A DNA stretch of 64,000 nt, taken from the NCBI GenBank assembly GCA_038211855.1, contig JBBQVE010000007.1:53-64052 (forward strand), read 5' to 3'. The translations under genes were made by a program, and so were the position numbers. Below the pieces are notes generated by a model, which was not told the origin of the DNA, did not search any database, and saw only the letters and a program-made list of their open reading frames with translations. Below are positions 53,779-63,748 of this stretch, piece after piece; within the stretch, counting starts at the first letter, position 1, and every line of letters starts with the position of its first letter. The DNA comes from Candidatus Saccharimonadales bacterium (GTDB lineage Bacteria > Patescibacteriota > Saccharimonadia > Saccharimonadales > SZUA-47).

Positions 53779-55419
53779 TTACGGCCGCGGCATGTGATCG
53801 AGATTTTGACGAGTCGTGTAATTGTTGCGAAGCAGCGGCTTTAAGTTTTCAAGCGATGCGCCAACTTTTACGCCGGGGTTCATGATGTGGTATGGGTCAA
53901 ATATATCTTTGATTTTACTAAATAATTCGACGGCGCGATCACCAAACTGGCCGCTCATTTCGAGAGCACGGATGCGGCCGTCGCCATGATCTGCCGTCAT
54001 ACTACCGCCGAGCGAAACAACCAAAGTATAGTACTCATCGAGCAAACGGAAGGCTTTTTGACGGTCGCCGATTTGGCTGATGTCCAAATGCGGCAAAACG
54101 TGGACGGTGCCGGCCAAAGCACTGCCGGCGACTGAGAAAATAAGCTGATTATTACGCTGCATCATTTCGTCAATACCGGAGAGGAGAGCCAACAATTGGT
54201 CGATTGGCACGACGGCATCATCAATTATCGGCAAACTGCGAGCCGTGCCTTCGACGTGTGTCCACATCGTAGCGGCGCTGTCGCGAACAGCTTTGAGTCG
54301 ATCAATATCGTGCTCTTCACTGGCCAACGCTAAATACCCATTATATTTTTCGATAATCTTACGGGCTTTTTTGGCGAGGCGTTTTTGCTGACGAGTGTTG
54401 TCATCATCAAATTCAATGTACAGCAGCATTTCGGGAAGCGGTTCTTCGACGACATCTTTCAGGAGTTGCGGATTGATGCGATTAACGTGTTCCAGTAGGT
54501 GCTTATCGATAAAGTCGACGACGGCCGGACCATCGCCCATTGAGCGAAGTTCCTTAACGGCATCGAGGGCGGCAGCTCGAGTCGTGAAGCCGGCAGTCAA
54601 AGCAGTAATTTCCGGGTTATATGGTTCGGTTGTAAAAACAATTTCGCTGATAAGTGCAAGTGTACCCTGACTACCGACGATCAGCTGCGTCAGATCGACC
54701 GAGCCATCTTTACGTTTTACATCACCAATCGCGTAGCCAGCCGACTGGATTTTGGGCAATGGTGGCAGGTTTTTGATAATTTCGCTGCTTTCTTCAATCA
54801 GCGCGTCTAAACTTCGGTAAATTTCGCCTTCCAGCGTAGACAGTCCCATCTTTTTGGCGACTTCACGCTTGCTGATCCGCCCCGTTTCGATCAGTTCGCC
54901 ATTGGCTAATACCACGCGTAGGCCCTTGACGTAATCGCGGGCACTGCCGTATTTGCCAGAGCGCTCGCCACTGCAGTTATTAGCAACTGCGCCACCGATG
55001 CTCGTATATTCTACTGACGTCGGGAAAATCGGCACAAATCGGCCATGCGTGTGCAATGTCTGCTGCAATTTGCCAAAAATAGTGCCTGGTTGAACGGCGA
55101 CAATGCCGGACTTTGAATCTAATTCGAGAATCTTGTGCATATGGGCGGGAAATACCATGACGATGCCGCTTCCGAGCGCCGCACCACCAACGTCTGTTCC
55201 CATACCTCGGCCCGTAATTGGTATGACGCGACCACGTTCGGCCAACTGCCAAGTGAAGCGAGCAGTTTTTCGAATATCATTTTCATTACGCGGATACACC
55301 ACCAGAGCGGGTACGAGTTGTAAGATACTGCCGTCGGTCGCAAAATAGGCGCGCGTATCAGCGCTGGTGAAGACTTCGCCAATCAGGTGCTCTTGCAAAT
55401 AGTGCGCAACCTTGTTCAC
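53779..55419 (-). CDS. FAD-linked oxidase (second GlcD-like paralogue)
   Basis: GRGMGTDVGGAALG, GGAVANNCSGERS and a C-terminal IMNPGVK. Architecture is colinear with 21157-22767. Confidence 0.75.
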   Translation of the reverse strand: MNKVAHYLQEHLIGEVFTSADTRAYFATDGSILQLVPALVVYPRNENDIRKTARFTWQLAERGRVIPITGRGMGTDVGGAALGSGIVMVFPAHMHKILELDSKSGIVAVQPGTIFGKLQQTLHTHGRFVPIFPTSVEYTSIGGAVANNCSGERSGKYGSARDYVKGLRVVLANGELIETGRISKREVAKKMGLSTLEGEIYRSLDALIEESSEIIKNLPPLPKIQSAGYAIGDVKRKDGSVDLTQLIVGSQGTLALISEIVFTTEPYNPEITALTAGFTTRAAALDAVKELRSMGDGPAVVDFIDKHLLEHVNRINPQLLKDVVEEPLPEMLLYIEFDDDNTRQQKRLAKKARKIIEKYNGYLALASEEHDIDRLKAVRDSAATMWTHVEGTARSLPIIDDAVVPIDQLLALLSGIDEMMQRNNQLIFSVAGSALAGTVHVLPHLDISQIGDRQKAFRLLDEYYTLVVSLGGSMTADHGDGRIRALEMSGQFGDRAVELFSKIKDIFDPYHIMNPGVKVGASLENLKPLLRNNYTTRQNLDHMPRP

Positions 55420-55528
55420 CGGATAGTTTCTTTCATGATTTTTAGCATAAGTTCTTAGTGCTTATGATAGCACATCCACGCTCGCCTTTTAACCGATATT
55501 TTGCTAAACTCTAATCTGTTGAGTCCCA

Positions 55529-55614
55529 GCCGCGGTGGTGAAATGGTATACACGCTAGTTTCAGGTACTAGTGGGGGCAACCCTGTGGAGGTTCAAGTCC
55601 TCTTCGCGGCACCA
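55529..55614 (+). tRNA. tRNA-Leu (anticodon CAG), long variable arm, CCA encoded
   Basis: Acceptor GCCGCGG/TCGCGGC, anticodon stem CTAGT/ACTAG with loop TTCAGGT, T-arm GGAGG-TTCAAGT-CCTCT. Confidence 0.9.
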
Positions 55615-55655
55615 CACTAAAAAACCAGTCTTTCGACTGGTTTTTTAGTGTGGTG
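55610..55655. terminator. 21-bp perfect inverted repeat (bidirectional terminator) that includes the tRNA 3' CACCA
   Basis: CACCACACTAAAAAACCAGTC-TTTC-GACTGGTTTTTTAGTGTGGTG. Confidence 0.7.
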
Positions 55656-55664
55656 CTACTTTGC

Positions 55665-57470
55665 TTACTTAAGGACATGATCCTGAAGGACAGTCCACTT
55701 CTCTACATCATTAAATCTGTCGACAGCACTCTGCATGTGCATGGCATCAAAGCCCTCGAGTTCACTGCGCGTAATATATAAGAATCGCGGCTGGTACAAA
55801 GCAATCGCCGGTGCATCATCTTTCCAGGCAGTCAAGAAGGCTTTGTATTTGGTGGCACGCACCGCTGGGTCGGTTCGGGTACGGCCCGACTCTAGTGCTT
55901 TATCGGCAATCGTACTTTTATATTCCGATAGATTTAAGCGGCTGGAACTAACAGTTGCCTGCGAGCTATCCCAATAGGCGAACACGTCCGGATCTTGGTT
56001 CATCGAGATGCCATAGAGCAGCACATCATAGCCGTGATTAATCAATACGTCACTTTGAATATCATCTTCTGTTCGAAGTTTGACGTCGAGATCGACGCCG
56101 ACAGCCCGCCACTGCTTCTGAAGAGTCTGTGATAATTCTGCGTAGTCACCGAGGCTTTGTGACACAAATGCCAGTTTAAGCGGCTTACCGTCCTTTGTTC
56201 GGACGGCACCAGGGGTTTTCTGCTTCCAGCCAGCAGCATCAAGCAAGGTAGCCGCATCATTCGCAGAATATGATCGTTCGGTGAGCGCTGGATCATAGCC
56301 AAGTTGACCTTTTAGGAGCGGTTCACTACTGTCGAGCACACTAAAGCCAAGCTTTTTTAGCAGCTCGGGTCGGTTCGTTGCCGCTGTAAGTGCCTGACGG
56401 ACCTTCGCATCAGCCAGTGCCGATGAAGTATTGTTAAAAAATATATCGACCGACCCGGAGAGTGGCACATTGTAGGCAACAGCCGTTGCGTCATTGGTGA
56501 CATAAGTTGGAATTTCTGTCACCCCGACTACAGTCGTTAACTCACGCTGCGAAAATGCTTTTAAGGCATTCGCTTCATCCCGATACGTCTTGAGGACGTA
56601 GTGTTCGATTTTCGGCGCTCCGAAGTGATACGTGTTATTGCGGCGCAAGGCGACTTGTTCGCTACGGTTTTCGCGCGTCGTTCCCTGTACTGTGACCGAT
56701 TCCCACACAAACGGACCCGTCCCGATTGGATGAGTATTGAACGGCGAGCTCCGTAACTGACTGACCGGTGTTCCTCCAAGCAGATGCTTCGGCACAATAC
56801 CGTTCGTCAACGAATATGGAAAAGAGGCCAGTGCACTTGGCAGTTCAAATTTGACAGTAAATTCGTCTGACGCCGTTACTTTGACCCCTTGCCAACTCGG
56901 AAGAAGCGGTGATTTTGCGTCCGGATTCTGGATTGTATGGTACGTAAAAATGACATCGGCGGCAGTAAACGGGACGCCGTCACTCCACTTGATACCCTTG
57001 TGAAGCTGTACGGTATACACTTGGCCTTTTTCATCTGACGACCATTTGTCGGCAAGATCAGGCATCAGCTGATTGTTGGTATCGTGTGTCAGAAGGCCCG
57101 AAAACACTAATTTTGTAATTGAACTGTCCACTTGATTGGCAGCATACAGCGGATTAGCGGTCGAAAACGTGCCAACAACACCTTCTCGCAATGTGCCACC
57201 TTCGGAGGAGGCAATTTTTTGATAATAGGCACTGAGGCCGCGAGCCTGCAAACCAACGCTGGCAATCAGCAAAATCATGAGACCAATCCACCCAAACAGA
57301 AAGCGCCGGACACTGTATAAGTGAGACAAGCGTCGGAAGAAATTTCGCTCTAAGCCCTGCTCAGCCTGATCGGCCGCGTCTAGGGCAAGTTTTTTACGCC
57401 GCCGAACGAGGCGCCGCAAGCGAAGTTTTAGTTTGTTCGTAGAGATGGAAGACCCCACTGACTGCCCCAC
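55665..57470 (-). CDS. ABC-transporter family-5 (peptide/nickel, OppA-like) substrate-binding protein with an N-terminal TM anchor
   Basis: Length and motifs of the SBP_bac_5 family. Arg-rich N-terminus followed by a TM helix. No permease or ATPase genes are adjacent. Confidence 0.75.
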   Translation of the reverse strand: MGQSVGSSISTNKLKLRLRRLVRRRKKLALDAADQAEQGLERNFFRRLSHLYSVRRFLFGWIGLMILLIASVGLQARGLSAYYQKIASSEGGTLREGVVGTFSTANPLYAANQVDSSITKLVFSGLLTHDTNNQLMPDLADKWSSDEKGQVYTVQLHKGIKWSDGVPFTAADVIFTYHTIQNPDAKSPLLPSWQGVKVTASDEFTVKFELPSALASFPYSLTNGIVPKHLLGGTPVSQLRSSPFNTHPIGTGPFVWESVTVQGTTRENRSEQVALRRNNTYHFGAPKIEHYVLKTYRDEANALKAFSQRELTTVVGVTEIPTYVTNDATAVAYNVPLSGSVDIFFNNTSSALADAKVRQALTAATNRPELLKKLGFSVLDSSEPLLKGQLGYDPALTERSYSANDAATLLDAAGWKQKTPGAVRTKDGKPLKLAFVSQSLGDYAELSQTLQKQWRAVGVDLDVKLRTEDDIQSDVLINHGYDVLLYGISMNQDPDVFAYWDSSQATVSSSRLNLSEYKSTIADKALESGRTRTDPAVRATKYKAFLTAWKDDAPAIALYQPRFLYITRSELEGFDAMHMQSAVDRFNDVEKWTVLQDHVLK

Positions 57471-57492
57471 CCTTTAAATGTATGTCGTCTGT

Positions 57493-57711
57493 CTAGCTGG
57501 TCAATAGACCAATTAACAGAGAGACTGCAAAAATAATGCTGACGATAATTGTCAGGTTGAAGATGGTTTTATCTGAACCACGGCGCACCATGTTGACATC
57601 GCCACCACCACCACCCAAACCAGCGCCCAAAGAAGCACCACGGGTCTGTGTAAGCACCAAAATCGTCAGAATCACAGACGAACCGATTGTAATGTAGCCC
57701 CAGATATTCAT
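57493..57711 (-). CDS. secG: Preprotein translocase subunit SecG
   Basis: 72 aa with two TM helices and a Gly-rich loop (GASLGAGLGGGGG). Confidence 0.8.
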   Translation of the reverse strand: MNIWGYITIGSSVILTILVLTQTRGASLGAGLGGGGGDVNMVRRGSDKTIFNLTIIVSIIFAVSLLIGLLTS

Positions 57712-57736
57712 GTTTTCTTAATCCTACACAAGTTCA

Positions 57737-58111
57737 TTAGTTAGACTTCTCGTCTATTATAGCTGTTACAAGGAAGTTTGTCAGCCCAATTACGATGCCA
57801 GCCACAATTGCCACACCAAAGTTCTCGACTTTCAACTGATGATAGAAATGAGCCGCTACCAGCACCATAAAGCCATTGATGACAACCATAAAGATACCAA
57901 GTGTCAATAAAACCGCCGGCAAAGAGAGAAAAACGACCAAAGGTTTCAGGAGCGTGTTAACGATTGCCAGTACTAAGCCAGAAATAACCACGACGCTGAA
58001 TTTATTGTTGAAAGAGATTTTATCAGTGCCCACCAATGCCGCCGCCAGCCAGAGACCAACAGAAGACACAATCCATCTGACGATAAAACTTGAAGAACGC
58101 TTTCGCTTCAT
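57737..58111 (-). CDS. Phage-holin-4-like (YvlD) membrane protein
   Basis: RWIVSSVGLWLAAALV...NTLLKPLVVFLSLPAVLLTLGIFMVVINGF. Confidence 0.7.
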   Translation of the reverse strand: MKRKRSSSFIVRWIVSSVGLWLAAALVGTDKISFNNKFSVVVISGLVLAIVNTLLKPLVVFLSLPAVLLTLGIFMVVINGFMVLVAAHFYHQLKVENFGVAIVAGIVIGLTNFLVTAIIDEKSN

Positions 58112-58113
58112 TA

Positions 58114-59343
58114 TTATTGTAAGTATAACAGGTTATCAGACAGTCGTGCAGAGAGATTTTCTGCGCCTGTTTTCGTTATGAGAATATCGTCTTCGATCCG
58201 CACACCAATCTTATCTTCTGGCAGGTAAACTCCCGGTTCAATAGTGACGACACAGCCTTCGACGAGTGGATCATCATACATACCCGCGTCGTGCACATCA
58301 AGTCCTAAATGATGAGATATCAGATGCGGATAGTCCTTCTCGTATGCAGCACGGCGAACCTCTTCATATATTCCGGCTTTTATGAGTTCATCGACCAAGA
58401 AAGCCACGACTTCCCTCTGATACTGGCGGATGATAACACCAGGCCTCAACAGTCCGAGCGCAAATGTATGAGCAGATTTGACTGCATTATAGACTGCTTT
58501 TTGACGGTGCGTGGCTTTGCCGATTACCCATGTCCGTGAGATATCTGCCGCATAGCCCTCGTAAAGCGCTCCTACATCCATAAGCAGCAGGCTATTTTGC
58601 ACAAGTGGGCCATCGTTCGTTTCATGATGAATCGTTGCCGCGTGGATGCCACTGCCAACGATTGGATCGTACGCATGACCGCTGGCACCACGTAGGCGGA
58701 ATTCGTGCGACAGAAAGATATCGACATCGCGTTCGCTTTTCATGTTACCAATCTCACTTTTAAGCGCGGTGAGACTATCGACCGTAATGTTTACAGCATG
58801 CTTAATTGCGTCCAGTTCAGCGGGTTGTTTAACTTGGCGCAGACGAGCCATGTCGGTGCGGATATCGACTAACTGAGCCGTACCGAACATTCGGCGTAAG
58901 CGATTACGGAAGACGATCTTGGTCGGACTCAAATACATGCCATATGCTGCAAGATAGGCGATGTCGGGGACGATCGTACCGATTTTAGGCTTTTTTAGGG
59001 CGGTAGCCTTCAGGAGCGTGGTGCCTTCTGCCGCTTGTAACACCGTATCGACACCGCTCGAGCGACACAGTGCTTCTGTATCAATGGCACCCTCCCACAG
59101 ATCGCGATGCTTAGCTCGTTCGGGTAGAATGATTGTATCCTTGCCACTTTTTATATCCATAAAAATAAGGCCGTCGGCAATCTGCGAGCCGGTCAGATAC
59201 CAAAAGTTACTATCCTGACGAAATGGAAATGTAACATCGGCGCTTTTTTGGATCATGCCGTTCGCACTCAATAGTATGAAATCGGCTGAGCAGTCTTTGC
59301 GCAAGCGCGCGCGATTGCCGCTAAAAAACTCGGGAGTAAACAT
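58114..59343 (-). CDS. pepP: Xaa-Pro aminopeptidase (M24B)
   Basis: DVGALYEGYAADISRT, HHLGLDVHD, EPGVY and GVRIEDD metal-ligand motifs. Confidence 0.85.
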   Translation of the reverse strand: MFTPEFFSGNRARLRKDCSADFILLSANGMIQKSADVTFPFRQDSNFWYLTGSQIADGLIFMDIKSGKDTIILPERAKHRDLWEGAIDTEALCRSSGVDTVLQAAEGTTLLKATALKKPKIGTIVPDIAYLAAYGMYLSPTKIVFRNRLRRMFGTAQLVDIRTDMARLRQVKQPAELDAIKHAVNITVDSLTALKSEIGNMKSERDVDIFLSHEFRLRGASGHAYDPIVGSGIHAATIHHETNDGPLVQNSLLLMDVGALYEGYAADISRTWVIGKATHRQKAVYNAVKSAHTFALGLLRPGVIIRQYQREVVAFLVDELIKAGIYEEVRRAAYEKDYPHLISHHLGLDVHDAGMYDDPLVEGCVVTIEPGVYLPEDKIGVRIEDDILITKTGAENLSARLSDNLLYLQ

Positions 59344-59372
59344 TATTCACCAGTATACCTTACCGAGAGGTG

Positions 59373-59534
59373 TTATTGCTGGATTTTGTAGGCAGCCCAG
59401 ATGCCGGCAATACCCCCAACACCACCAAGCATAATACCCCACAAACCGAGGGGGCTATGATCAACCATTGAGCCAATGACGCTGCCGATGGTGCCGCCGA
59501 TCGTTGCACCAATCCAAATGACTGACTTATTCAT
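59373..59534 (-). CDS. Small (53 aa) glycine-zipper membrane protein, absent from the ORF track
   Basis: Hand translation: MNKSVIWIGATIGGTIGSVIGSMVDHSPLGLWGIMLGGVGGIAGIWAAYKIQQ. Confidence 0.45.
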   Translation of the reverse strand: MNKSVIWIGATIGGTIGSVIGSMVDHSPLGLWGIMLGGVGGIAGIWAAYKIQQ

Positions 59535-59546
59535 AAGCGTATTCTA

Positions 59547-61055
59547 CTACTTATATTTCTTTTCGGCACGGATATACTGTCGTAACAGCGCGGCTTTTTT
59601 GGTGCCGATTGTTTCTTCAAGTTCAAAATCGCGGGCCTGTAATACACCTCGCGCACTGCCAAAAGTTCTGATAAGTTTCTTCTTTGTTTCTGGACCGATA
59701 CTGGGCACCGATTCGAGCCAACTTGTTATCTGTCGTCCTCGTTTCAAAACCGTGTGATAGCTCACCGCAAAACGATGCGATTCATCGCGGATACGCTGCA
59801 GAAGCTTGACGATATCCTCATCTTTCGGCAATTCAACCGATACAAAGTCCTCTGTTCGACGCACATAACCACCTTTATCGAGGGCGTAGGCTTCATTCAA
59901 GACGACGGTACTGTTTTCAGGATGTATGACAATTTCTTCTTCACGTTTAGCCAAACCAACCATCGGAATGCGGCTGTACCCAGCCTTGTCTCGGGCTTCG
60001 AGTGCTGCACTCACCTGCCCTTTGCCACCGTCGATCAAGAATAATTCGGGTAACCCCCAGGCTTTAACGTTTTTCTCACTTAAACGGCGAGTAATAACTT
60101 CGTTCATATGGGCAAAATCATTGTTACCAGGAATGCGCATCTTGAACTTTCGATAAGCAGTTTTATCAGGAATCCCTTGACTAAAGACGACCATGCTAGC
60201 AACGGTATCTGTACCGCTCATGTGGCTGATGTCGTAGCCTTCGATGCGGCGCGGTGGTTTTAGCAGTCCCAACAAATCTTGCAAGCCAGCCAGTCCCCTG
60301 TCTTTTGACAGATCAAGGAATTCACGGTCGCTAAAGATGATCTGCCTGCCAAGCCCTTTGATTGCCAACATCTGATTGCGCAAAATGGCCGCCCGCTCAA
60401 AATCTTTTTCTTTGGCAGAAGCCTTCATGTCTTTTTCAATCTCTTTGACGACGGTCACGCGCTGACCCCTGAGGTACTGGCCTAATTTTGATAAGTTGGA
60501 ACGATAGACTTTGAGTGAGGTTTTACCGCTTTCGACGCCTGGGTCTAAACCGATCTGCTGGTACAAAGTGCTGCCCAATGTGCCCTCCTCTTTTTTGATG
60601 GCATACGGAAAAATCCGTCGCAAATATTTGAGGGCTTTTTTGACCTGCCAGCCATTTACGTATGGGCCGTAGTATTCAGCACCGTCATCAAGTGGCCGAC
60701 GCGTGAAGGTGACGGTCGGATAGTCGCTTTTATGATCTATCCGCACAAACTGCAATGACTTGTCGTCGCGTAAAAGTATGTTGTAGGGTGGCAAGTAACG
60801 CCTGATCATTTCGGCTTCTAAAAAGAGGGCGTCGATTTCGGTTTCGACTTCAATCCAGTCGGTATCAACGATTTCAGCTACCAGGGCATCGGTCTTTGGG
60901 TCACGCACTCGACTGGCATAAAAATATTGACGGACACGGTTGTTCAGAACGGCTGCCTTACCCACATAAATAATCTTCCCTGCGGTATTTTTGTGAAAAT
61001 ATACGCCGGGGGTTTTAGGGAGGGTCTTTAGTTTTTCCTGTAAAGCTTTATTCAC
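59547..61055 (-). CDS. uvrC: Excinuclease ABC subunit C (compact form)
   Basis: GIY-YIG (GVYFHKN...IIYVGKA), UVR domain (KDFERAAILRNQMLAI) and C-terminal HhH. Confidence 0.9.
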   Translation of the reverse strand: MNKALQEKLKTLPKTPGVYFHKNTAGKIIYVGKAAVLNNRVRQYFYASRVRDPKTDALVAEIVDTDWIEVETEIDALFLEAEMIRRYLPPYNILLRDDKSLQFVRIDHKSDYPTVTFTRRPLDDGAEYYGPYVNGWQVKKALKYLRRIFPYAIKKEEGTLGSTLYQQIGLDPGVESGKTSLKVYRSNLSKLGQYLRGQRVTVVKEIEKDMKASAKEKDFERAAILRNQMLAIKGLGRQIIFSDREFLDLSKDRGLAGLQDLLGLLKPPRRIEGYDISHMSGTDTVASMVVFSQGIPDKTAYRKFKMRIPGNNDFAHMNEVITRRLSEKNVKAWGLPELFLIDGGKGQVSAALEARDKAGYSRIPMVGLAKREEEIVIHPENSTVVLNEAYALDKGGYVRRTEDFVSVELPKDEDIVKLLQRIRDESHRFAVSYHTVLKRGRQITSWLESVPSIGPETKKKLIRTFGSARGVLQARDFELEETIGTKKAALLRQYIRAEKKYK

Positions 61056-61062
61056 TCTTTAA

Positions 61063-61920
61063 TTATAACTTGCGAGCAGTCTCAGTTGTAGCACAAGTCT
61101 CACAAAGGACATGCAGTTTGCGACGGACGTTGGGGGAGTTCACCAAGTGGCTGGTTTTTGTGCCGCATTGTTCGCAGATACCAATGTCTTTGGCTTCTTT
61201 CGAGAAGCCCATTTTCATGCGGTCATCAAACACAAATAACTTGCCTTCCCACAGACCATTATCTTTATACTTTTCGCCGTATTTTACGATGCCACCATCC
61301 ATTTGGTAGACCTCTTTAAAACCGCGATTTTTCATCATCGCACTAATGACTTCGCAGCGAATACCGCCGGTACAATACGTCACGACCGGTCTGTCTTTGT
61401 GTTTGGCAATTTCGCCTTCTTCTAAGTCCTTTTTGAACTCACGACTGGTGGTTATTTGAGGTACGACTGCGTTTCTGAACTTGCCGATCTGCGCTTCATA
61501 CATATTGCGGCCGTCATAGAAAATAACGTCGTCGCCACGCTCTTTCACGAGCTTGTGAACGGCAGCTGGTTTGAGGTGCTTGCCGCCATTTTCGATGCCG
61601 TTCATACCCACGACGATTTCATCGGCGGCGTCAAAAGTGACGATTTCGGGCTTGATTTTGACGCTGAGGCGCGGGAAGTGCTCGGTGCCGCCGTCGCTCC
61701 ATTTGTAGGTGATGCCATCGAAAAGTGTGTGGGCCTTCATTTCGCGGGTATAAAACTTTAAGTTCATCAAATCGCCGCCGAGTGTGGCGTTAATGCCGTG
61801 CGGGCTGATGATAATGCGACCCTTCAGGCCGAGCTTTTCGCATAAAGCACGCTGCCAAAACATAACTGACTCAGTATCAGCAATCGGCACGAACTTATAA
61901 AACAGAATTATTCTTTGCAT
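61063..61920 (-). CDS. trhO: Rhodanese-domain tRNA uridine(34) hydroxylase (TrhO/YceA family)
   Basis: UPF0176 N-terminus, rhodanese active-site CTGGIRCE, C-terminal Cys cluster. Confidence 0.8.
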   Translation of the reverse strand: MQRIILFYKFVPIADTESVMFWQRALCEKLGLKGRIIISPHGINATLGGDLMNLKFYTREMKAHTLFDGITYKWSDGGTEHFPRLSVKIKPEIVTFDAADEIVVGMNGIENGGKHLKPAAVHKLVKERGDDVIFYDGRNMYEAQIGKFRNAVVPQITTSREFKKDLEEGEIAKHKDRPVVTYCTGGIRCEVISAMMKNRGFKEVYQMDGGIVKYGEKYKDNGLWEGKLFVFDDRMKMGFSKEAKDIGICEQCGTKTSHLVNSPNVRRKLHVLCETCATTETARKL

Positions 61921-61951
61921 ATCTTCGAGAGTTCTTCTCTGTTATTATACC

Positions 61952-63748
61952 ATGATGAGACGCAAAAATCAGCCCCTTAGCATCGACCGTGAAACGCGGC
62001 GCTTCTACTGGCGTTTTTCAAGGCCTTACAAAGCACAGATCATCATGGCGCTTATTTTGCGACCGATTTACTTACTCGCGGCCTATACTGGCACGATTTA
62101 TCTGGTTAGCGTTGCACTCGATCGCCTGACTAAACCAGTTCATGGCAGTTTTTGGCATGACTTCGGACCGCTCGTACTGGTTGCGCTGGCAATGGAGCTT
62201 ATCAGAATTGTGGCAGAGCAGGTCAGTTTGAGCGTCATGTGGAAGGTACAGCTCAGAGTCGAAAACGACATCGCGGCCTATTGTAACGAAAATCTGACAT
62301 ATCGCGACGCTGATTTCCTTGCAAATCATTTCACTGGTAGCCTCGTGAACCAAACCAACAAATTCATTGGTGCCTATGCGCGCATTACCGACACACTCTA
62401 CTGGCAGGTCTATCCGTTGATAGTATTCGTTCTGGTGACCATGATAGTCTTATTCATAAAACTACCGGCTTTTGCCTTTGTGCTACTTATTACTATTGTC
62501 CTATACCTGTACTTGTCATACCGCGGTGGTAAGCGAAACGCTCATTTGAGTGCCTTGCTCGCCTCGCAAGAAAGCCGCAATACAGGGCAACTGGCTGATA
62601 CGCTCACCAATGCGCTGGCTGTAAAAAGCTATGGTCAGGAACGCTATGAAGTAAAGCGCTATGGCCTGGGGTTAGATAAGATTTTGGAAGCCGGTGATAC
62701 ATTACGACACTTCGTCACGCGTAAAGACTACAAATTAAGTACGCTTATTTCGTTTATGACAGCCACAGCTCTGATCATGAGTATTGTCGCTGTTTTTCAT
62801 GGCTATGCGACCGTGGGAACGATTGTCCTGGCAACCGCGCTCACCCGCGATACCTTATCGCGACTGCGAGAATTTAACACCAACATGCTCCGCACCATGG
62901 CGCGTGCGATTGGTGATGCTCGCGATATGACCGAAATATTACTCACAAAAACAGGCGTCCCAGACGTCCAACTGCCGGCCAATTTTGAAGTACACGACGG
63001 CGCGATCGAACTTAAGGATGTCGATTTCTGGTACCCTGAAAAGACCGCCACCCTAGCGCTCTTTAACAGCCTCAACCTTGACATCGCACCAGGAGAAAAA
63101 GTCGGCCTTGTTGGGCCAAGTGGTGGTGGCAAAACGACTATCACAAAACTGCTGCTACGTTTTATGGATATCCAAAGCGGCAGCATCAAAATCGACGGTC
63201 AGGATATTGCCAAAGTGCGTCAAGCTGAGCTGCGCCGTGCTATTAGTTACGTACCACAGGAACCGATGCTCTTTCACCGTTCGCTGTCCGAGAACATCGC
63301 TTACGGCAATCCTCGAGCGTCGCAGGCTTCCATTGAGGCAGCAGCCAAAAAAGCCAATGCTCACGATTTTATCGTCAAGTTACCGAAGGGTTATGACACC
63401 CCTGTGGGCGAACGCGGCGTCAAGCTTTCCGGCGGGCAGCGGCAGCGTGTCGCGATTGCCCGGGCGATGCTCAAGAATGCTCCTATCCTTGTGTTAGATG
63501 AAGCCACTAGCGCGCTCGACAGTGAAGCTGAAGCGTTGATCCAGGACGCATTATGGACACTTATGAAGGGCAAGACTGCCGTAGTAATTGCCCACCGCCT
63601 CAGCACAATTCAAAAAATGGATCGGATCATTGTGCTAGATGAAGGCAAGATCGTGGAAGAAGGCAGCCACAAACAACTCCTCAAAAAGAAGAACGGCTTG
63701 TACGCTAAGCTGTGGAAGCACCAATCAGGCGGCTTCTTGCAGGACTAG
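61952..63748 (+). CDS. ABC transporter, fused permease/ATPase (exporter type)
   Basis: Six-TM domain plus Walker A GPSGGGKTT, signature LSGGQRQR and Walker B ILVLDEATS. The start may be the second ATG (61955), 6 nt after the extended -10 TGTTATTAT. Confidence 0.9.
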   Translation: MMRRKNQPLSIDRETRRFYWRFSRPYKAQIIMALILRPIYLLAAYTGTIYLVSVALDRLTKPVHGSFWHDFGPLVLVALAMELIRIVAEQVSLSVMWKVQLRVENDIAAYCNENLTYRDADFLANHFTGSLVNQTNKFIGAYARITDTLYWQVYPLIVFVLVTMIVLFIKLPAFAFVLLITIVLYLYLSYRGGKRNAHLSALLASQESRNTGQLADTLTNALAVKSYGQERYEVKRYGLGLDKILEAGDTLRHFVTRKDYKLSTLISFMTATALIMSIVAVFHGYATVGTIVLATALTRDTLSRLREFNTNMLRTMARAIGDARDMTEILLTKTGVPDVQLPANFEVHDGAIELKDVDFWYPEKTATLALFNSLNLDIAPGEKVGLVGPSGGGKTTITKLLLRFMDIQSGSIKIDGQDIAKVRQAELRRAISYVPQEPMLFHRSLSENIAYGNPRASQASIEAAAKKANAHDFIVKLPKGYDTPVGERGVKLSGGQRQRVAIARAMLKNAPILVLDEATSALDSEAEALIQDALWTLMKGKTAVVIAHRLSTIQKMDRIIVLDEGKIVEEGSHKQLLKKKNGLYAKLWKHQSGGFLQD

